Assembly: GCA_050633245.1 (NCBI GenBank)
Contig: JBOEGD010000012.1
Coordinates: 64,001 to 128,000, forward strand
From: Calditrichia bacterium
GTDB taxonomy: Bacteria > Calditrichota > Calditrichia > RBG-13-44-9 > J075
Reading direction: 5' to 3'
Length of the DNA stretch: 64,000 nt
How positions within the stretch are numbered: position 1 is the stretch's first letter; each line of letters begins with the position of its first letter. The notes under the pieces are model-generated. The model ran no database searches, was not told the DNA's origin, and was given only the letters and a program-made list of their open reading frames with translations. The translations under genes and the position numbers were made by a program. Positions 58,758-64,000 of this stretch are shown here, in pieces.

Positions 58758-59144
58758 CTAAATCTCGTATTCCAACTCATAAGAGTGCTTGCCATCGCCG
58801 ACGTCAATAGACATGCTACCACTAATACCTGTTAGTGCATCTGTTCCGGAGTCGGGAACAATGGTAATGCTCAGGCTTTGTCCGGCACCAGACATTGTGC
58901 CGTTGTGCTGTAACACAAAACTACCTTGCAAACCGTTTAGTGTCCCTCTCACGCGCTCAATAGCGACATACCCCGCACTTCCCTTCATCTCAGTCATTCC
59001 GGTAAGCATTTGTCCTAAACTACGTGCTTCCAGGTCACCGACAAAAATCTTATCGATAGACATTCGACCCAGTAGTGATTCTTGCGCATCGAGGGCTTCT
59101 TGCTGAGGGGTCAATTTTACTTCAAATGTGCCTTTAGCTATCAT
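58758..59144 (-). CDS. DUF3224 family protein
   Basis: AKGTFEVK, GSAGYVAIERV.G.L.G..GSFVLQH, VPDSGT..LTGI.G. Confidence 0.9.
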   Translation of the reverse strand: MIAKGTFEVKLTPQQEALDAQESLLGRMSIDKIFVGDLEARSLGQMLTGMTEMKGSAGYVAIERVRGTLNGLQGSFVLQHNGTMSGAGQSLSITIVPDSGTDALTGISGSMSIDVGDGKHSYELEYEI

Positions 59145-59187
59145 AGCTAACCTTATTTTAATAGAATGATTATAGCACCGAAAAGTT

Positions 59188-60033
59188 TTAATTATTATAG
59201 GCTTTATATTTTTTCACAATGGCATTCGCAATCTTAATACCATTCTTATTATTTGATGCACAAAACAAATGATACATTATGGAGTTTGTTGAATTCCTTA
59301 ACTCATAGGGCTTGGAAACATATTGAAATACGCTTTGAAGTCTATCCCGATAAAGAGTTGCTGATTTCTTAATCGCTTCAGCTTCTTTTTTTATTTGGGT
59401 ATATTCAGGAAACAAGGTCTGCATTTCAACGTAGAAATATGCCTTGATTTCTTTTTCATCCATACCTAAAAACTTCTCTAAACGATTTAGCCATTCAGCT
59501 GAAATATCTCCGCTCTTTATAAGTAACCGGTTAACTCCCATGCCTGTAGGTACAAGAAGCCACAAATCAATATTCAAGCCTCGTAGCACTTCTATGGAGC
59601 GCCATTCTACCTGCATCCCGCACGGATCTATATATGCCAGAGTACGATAACTTTTATTTTTAGGATCCCGTAAAAAATTAGCTAAATCAACGAGCTTTTT
59701 ATTGCAATCATCATTTCTGATATAAATAGATTTTTGGGGGAAGGCGTTTTTAGTATTTTCCTCAAGTAGCAGAGCCTTCTTTGGATCCTTTTCAACAAAA
59801 TAGTATTTATCAAATGGAATTGGTTCTTCAAGCTCAACGATACGACGAGCTGCACCGATTGTTATTTGAATATGATCTTTTTGTTCTTTAGTAATAAATC
59901 CCGACCCAGCAAATCCATCAAAATATAGAAGATTGAAAAATTTTCTCTTTTTCATTATTTGAAGATAGGCTTTAGCATAGTCTACTAAAATTTCTATCTT
60001 GACTTTTGTCCAATCGCCTCCAAATTGATTCAT
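59188..60033 (-). CDS. tcmP: Three-Cys-motif partner protein (methyltransferase-like fold)
   Basis: GGDWT..K..IL..Y, YFDGFAGSG, FVEKD, DCN, YIDPCG; next to DUF5131. Confidence 0.9.
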   Translation of the reverse strand: MNQFGGDWTKVKIEILVDYAKAYLQIMKKRKFFNLLYFDGFAGSGFITKEQKDHIQITIGAARRIVELEEPIPFDKYYFVEKDPKKALLLEENTKNAFPQKSIYIRNDDCNKKLVDLANFLRDPKNKSYRTLAYIDPCGMQVEWRSIEVLRGLNIDLWLLVPTGMGVNRLLIKSGDISAEWLNRLEKFLGMDEKEIKAYFYVEMQTLFPEYTQIKKEAEAIKKSATLYRDRLQSVFQYVSKPYELRNSTNSIMYHLFCASNNKNGIKIANAIVKKYKAYNN

Positions 60034-60074
60034 ACTTGCCCCCCACTTGAAACTTTCTTAAAACAGCTTATTTC

Positions 60075-60821
60075 TTATGAAATAGATCCTTTAACGGTGT
60101 CAAGACGTATTAATAAGTCTTTTTTAGGCATTTCATTGTAAGTCTTCCCATTAAGTAATCTTCCAGAGGCTTTCTTATTCTTCCCACCCCACTGTTTAAA
60201 GAAAAATGCCACGCCTGCAATTCGACACTGTTCTTGTATATCTAATACCCAATCTAACTTCATTTCCCTCGATTTATGCCCAGACTCACCCCCAACTATC
60301 ACCCAATCGATATTGGATAAAGGCAAGTTGGGCAATGGCCCCAGAAGAGGCTCCAGAGAAAGAAACTTAATAGAGGCTTCACACCTTGTAAGATGTGAGA
60401 TTCTATTTATCACATCTTGATTTTCTACTGAAACACCCATCCAGATATTTTCAGACCAACTTAATGAAGCTGAAACTTCTTCCAATCGCTCAGCTCGCTT
60501 CGTTAAAACTTGAAATCTGTGTTGAGGACATTCATTCATAATGCTAAAAACATTTTGAATATATGAGAGAGGTATTTTTTCATGAAAAAGATCGCTCATG
60601 CTGTTAACAAATATTGTTGAAGGTTTCCACTTTTTAGGTGCGCTCAGCACTGACGGATGTAGAGTAACATCAAAATTATTTTTATATTTTTCGAGTCCCA
60701 TTGCAGCTAATCTCTTCGACATCACTTCCGCATAGCAAAATTTACATCCTTGTGAAAGCTTACTGCATCCAGTTGTTGGATTCCAAGTCTTTTCTGTCCA
60801 TTCAATTGATGAGTAAGACAT
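60075..60821 (-). CDS. DUF5131 / phage Gp37-Gp68 family protein (CX6CX2C)
   Basis: Start moved to ATG 60821; SIEWT..TWNPTTGCSKLSQGCKFCYAE, FVNSMSDLFH, LTKR, VIVGGESG, FFFKQWGG. Confidence 0.93.
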   Translation of the reverse strand: MSYSSIEWTEKTWNPTTGCSKLSQGCKFCYAEVMSKRLAAMGLEKYKNNFDVTLHPSVLSAPKKWKPSTIFVNSMSDLFHEKIPLSYIQNVFSIMNECPQHRFQVLTKRAERLEEVSASLSWSENIWMGVSVENQDVINRISHLTRCEASIKFLSLEPLLGPLPNLPLSNIDWVIVGGESGHKSREMKLDWVLDIQEQCRIAGVAFFFKQWGGKNKKASGRLLNGKTYNEMPKKDLLIRLDTVKGSIS

Positions 60822-60925
60822 GAACACACCTCGATTAGTATACAAAAATACACCTTTTTAAATTATACCTAGCTATTGATAGCTTTCAAAGCAGTTTTTT
60901 GTTAGACCCATGTTTTTACCTATCT

Positions 60926-62623
60926 TTACAGTTCATCTAAAACCGTATAGTGCGGCTTAATATCCACCGGCACGTCTTCCAGCTTTTCAAGTGCCGCGCG
61001 CAGTTCCGGCGTTTCAGAACGATATTTGGCAATGAAAGCCTTGGCTGCTGTATAATTGCCTTCGGCCTGAATCATCAACACCTCGCGTGACAGCGCTTCA
61101 ATTGCCGGCTGAATTTTGTCGTAGTTTACGCCAAAACGGCCTTCAACTTTATCGTATTCAATACCACCTTTTTCCTGAAGATAGTTCAGAATCATCACAT
61201 TACCACCGCCGTGTGCGCTGGTCGTTCCAAATCGCACGCTGCGAAAAATGCCGCCAACAAAGCTGGGATAAACACTTTCCGCCAACTTCGCATCAAACAC
61301 ACCTTTTTCAATCATGTAAGGAAAATGATATAGACCAACAATGTCTGCCTTTAGCTCTTCCAGAGTCGAGTAGGTTTCCTTCAACTCTTTATTTACGGTC
61401 GTCTCTTTACCATCCTTCACAATCTTGCCGGGTCCGATTCCATGGCACATTTCATGAAGCAGGATGTGATAGAAAAAGGCCTCAAAGCTTACCTTCTTCA
61501 GATCGGCTTTATTTAGAATGCGATCCATAATCGGAACCGAGCAGTTGTTGTACTTCGCCTGGGTAACATTTTTCAACATGACTTTCTTACTACCTTTTGC
61601 TTCACGCACACGCTCGTCATTCGGTAGATTAAAAGCCGCTGTCTGCACTCCGGCCTTGGTATCACCGGCAGTCATCACAACCTGAACAGATACCACCGGC
61701 GACGAGCCACCACGATTGAAGTTTTTGTATTTATCATCGATCGGCAGGCGGCGCTCCAAGTCATCCAGATACTGATCAATGGTCTGTAATTTCTTTGAGT
61801 CTACAGGGTCGACAATCGTCAAAAAAGATGTAAATGCACCTTTGTAACTGAACATACGGTCTTCATATACTTCGTATGGTCCGATGACAACTTCAATTGT
61901 ATGGTCCGTCAGATCCATCCAGTCCATATCGCTCTGATAGTAATCGTTACTTTCAAATGATGCAGCGCGGCTGGTAAGATACGTTTTAAGAGACTCATTT
62001 GTCGTAAACTCGGCGGCATTGCGTAAATGCTTCGCTGCTTTTGCCAGCTTATTGCTGTAGGCCTCGGAATACGGCACGGCTTTTAGTCCATCACCATCGC
62101 GACGCACCAGCGAAAACGTTCCGGTAAGCTCGGCCTCTTGCTCAGGATTGGCAGCAACATAGGCTTCAAATTCTTCGCGCGTCATATCTTCCGGATAATA
62201 ATTGGCACCCAATGGCTTTTCACGATCCAGGTTTATAAACGGAGCATCATCGGCAAGCCGATCAAATGGCCCAACCATAATATTAAACAGCGTTTTCAGC
62301 GGCTCGGCTTCTTTGCCACCAGCCGCCAGCTCTTCTGCCAGAACCCCGTTCCAACTATAGGCCTGCTCTTGAAAAATCTCGTCCATAATTAATGATGCGC
62401 GAGCAAGTTCCAATAATGCTTTCTTATCGTCTGCAGAGAGAATGGACTGATCGTAGCTAATGTCTACCGGGGCAAATTTGGCCGCGACGGCATTGACGGC
62501 ATCCATATCAAGATGACTTTCAATATGCTTACTGCTAAACCCTTCTGTAGGCTTTTGTTGTACGCAGCCTGGTAGTAAAAATCCAATAGCGATAAGGCTA
62601 CTGAAAAAAAAGTGCATTTTCAT
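60926..62623 (-). CDS. Lipoprotein, M49/dipeptidyl-peptidase III-like zinc peptidase
   Basis: Lipobox LPGC; GANYYP, IGPYEVYED, AFNLPNDE, HEMCHG.GPG, LEELKAD. Confidence 0.88.
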   Translation of the reverse strand: MKMHFFFSSLIAIGFLLPGCVQQKPTEGFSSKHIESHLDMDAVNAVAAKFAPVDISYDQSILSADDKKALLELARASLIMDEIFQEQAYSWNGVLAEELAAGGKEAEPLKTLFNIMVGPFDRLADDAPFINLDREKPLGANYYPEDMTREEFEAYVAANPEQEAELTGTFSLVRRDGDGLKAVPYSEAYSNKLAKAAKHLRNAAEFTTNESLKTYLTSRAASFESNDYYQSDMDWMDLTDHTIEVVIGPYEVYEDRMFSYKGAFTSFLTIVDPVDSKKLQTIDQYLDDLERRLPIDDKYKNFNRGGSSPVVSVQVVMTAGDTKAGVQTAAFNLPNDERVREAKGSKKVMLKNVTQAKYNNCSVPIMDRILNKADLKKVSFEAFFYHILLHEMCHGIGPGKIVKDGKETTVNKELKETYSTLEELKADIVGLYHFPYMIEKGVFDAKLAESVYPSFVGGIFRSVRFGTTSAHGGGNVMILNYLQEKGGIEYDKVEGRFGVNYDKIQPAIEALSREVLMIQAEGNYTAAKAFIAKYRSETPELRAALEKLEDVPVDIKPHYTVLDEL

Positions 62624-62723
62624 TGGGTGTTCTCCTCAGACATGTTTTCAAGATTGTATCAGAATATAGGTTTAGCGGAAGGTAAGAAGCAAGAGGTGAG
62701 ACGGCGAATCGGGAGTCGGTAAA

Positions 62724-62753
62724 TAGTAGCCCGCACAATTGTGCGGGCTACTA
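62724..62753. terminator. Palindromic terminator-like hairpin
   Basis: Perfect palindrome TAGTAGCCCGCACAATTGTGCGGGCTACTA right after the acyl-CoA dehydrogenase stop. Confidence 0.7.
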
Positions 62754-62763
62754 CAAAAACATA

Positions 62764-63936
62764 TTAGACCGGTGCGACTTCTTCTTCGATCGCATATTTG
62801 CGAATCACATCGCGGGCAATAACCATGCGCAGGATTTCCGAGGTGCCTTCGCCAATCGTTCCCAGCTTGGCATCACGATAAAACTTCTCGATCGGATATT
62901 CCTTCATATAGCCATAACCACCGTGAATTTGCAGTGCTTCGTCAACAACGCGTAGCGCCATCTCACTGGCAAATAGCTTCGCCATCCCGGATTCCAGATT
63001 GACAACCTTTCCGGTGTCTTTCATCGAAGCAGCACGCATAACCAAAAGACGAGCAGCATCAATTTCGGTAGCCATATCAGCCAACTTAATTTTGATTGCC
63101 TGATAGTTATGGATCTTGCGTCCAAAAGCAGCGCGCTCCTGTGCGTAGCGCACAGCCTGATCAAATGCACCACGGGCAATTCCCACACACATTGATGCAA
63201 TACTTATTCGTCCGCCGTCTAAAATACCCAGTGAGTTAAAGTATCCCTGGCCTTCTGCGCCAAGCAGATTTCGATCCGGCACAAAGCAGTCTTCGAAAAA
63301 CAGTTCCGCGGTATCACTCGAACGCATGCCGAGTTTATTCATCGGCTTGCCTACGCGATAGCCTTCCATGCCTTTTTCCAGGATAAATGCAGAAATCCCT
63401 GCTTTACCGGCATCGGGGTTCGTTCTGGCCATTACGACACAGTAGTCCGCATAATTCGGATTGGTGATAAATGTTTTCGAGCCATTTAATATCCAACCAT
63501 CGTCAACTTTACGAGCGGTGGTTTTCAATCCAAATGCATCACTTCCGCCGGCAGGTTCAGTCAGAGCCCAGGCAGCAAGCGACTTTCCGGTTGTTAAATG
63601 CGGCACGCAGCGCTGACGCTGTTCTTCATTTCCAAATTTAAATATGTGATTCGTTCCCAACGAGTTGTGGGCAGCAACGGTCAAACCAATGGAGGGATCG
63701 GCAGCAGAGATTTCTTCCACTATCAGCGAATATTCGATATAACCCATTCCGGCACCACTATATTCTTCGGGATAAATAATCCCCAGAATTCCCAACTCGC
63801 CCATGCGGGCTATCAGATGCTGTGGAAATTCCTTTTTCTCATCATACTCAAGCATATTGGGAGTAATTTCCTGTTCAGCAAACTCGCGAACCATTTCGCG
63901 GATCGAAAGTTGTTCTTCTGAATACTCAAAATTCAT
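62764..63936 (-). CDS. Acyl-CoA dehydrogenase
   Basis: ALTEP..GSD, NGSKTFITN, KLGMRSSDT, QIHGGYGY, IGEGTSEI. Confidence 0.96.
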   Translation of the reverse strand: MNFEYSEEQLSIREMVREFAEQEITPNMLEYDEKKEFPQHLIARMGELGILGIIYPEEYSGAGMGYIEYSLIVEEISAADPSIGLTVAAHNSLGTNHIFKFGNEEQRQRCVPHLTTGKSLAAWALTEPAGGSDAFGLKTTARKVDDGWILNGSKTFITNPNYADYCVVMARTNPDAGKAGISAFILEKGMEGYRVGKPMNKLGMRSSDTAELFFEDCFVPDRNLLGAEGQGYFNSLGILDGGRISIASMCVGIARGAFDQAVRYAQERAAFGRKIHNYQAIKIKLADMATEIDAARLLVMRAASMKDTGKVVNLESGMAKLFASEMALRVVDEALQIHGGYGYMKEYPIEKFYRDAKLGTIGEGTSEILRMVIARDVIRKYAIEEEVAPV

Positions 63937-64000
63937 GATTTTTTCCTTATTTTATAAAGACATTTAATTGCACGTCTCCCACATACACTGCTGTCCCCGA

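Overview
Bacterial chromosomal window, probably from a Calditrichota/FCB-like organism. This is inferred from the many secreted proteins ending in an 'NYPNPFNP' T9SS-type/FlgD-Ig C-terminal domain (CTD) and from waaA. Left to right: (1) a minus-strand operon (TPR/beta-barrel, GT2 synthase, two BNR/YCF48 secreted proteins) behind a sigma54-like promoter; (2) a ~7 kb satellite/IME-like integrated element (primase-helicase, iteron origin, Cro/ImmR/ImmA switch, large serine recombinase) whose recombinase ORF reads antisense into tRNA-Glu of a Pro-Arg-His-Glu tRNA cluster; (3) housekeeping genes including a CYTH-RdgB fusion; (4) a ~12 kb caspase-like protease locus with an ECF-like sigma, two anti-sigma-like proteins, a holin-like/M64-like metalloprotease fusion, two exported TPR-CHAT proteases with intact His/Cys dyads, and an unannotated 45-aa acidic peptide with Arg-Gly motifs; (5) a four-gene cluster pairing two dockerin-tailed beta-helix proteins with two cohesin-like CTD proteins; (6) waaA, a response regulator, Moco RNA-moaA-moaCB, accD, surE, guaA, glmS, mscS and an M42 peptidase; (7) an AT-rich patch with a decayed FitA-like antitoxin and a TcmP/DUF5131 pair, then an M49-like peptidase and an acyl-CoA dehydrogenase. 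The best candidates for undescribed systems are the CHAT/sigma/peptide locus and the cohesin-dockerin cluster. All family assignments come from motif recognition by eye; no searches were run.
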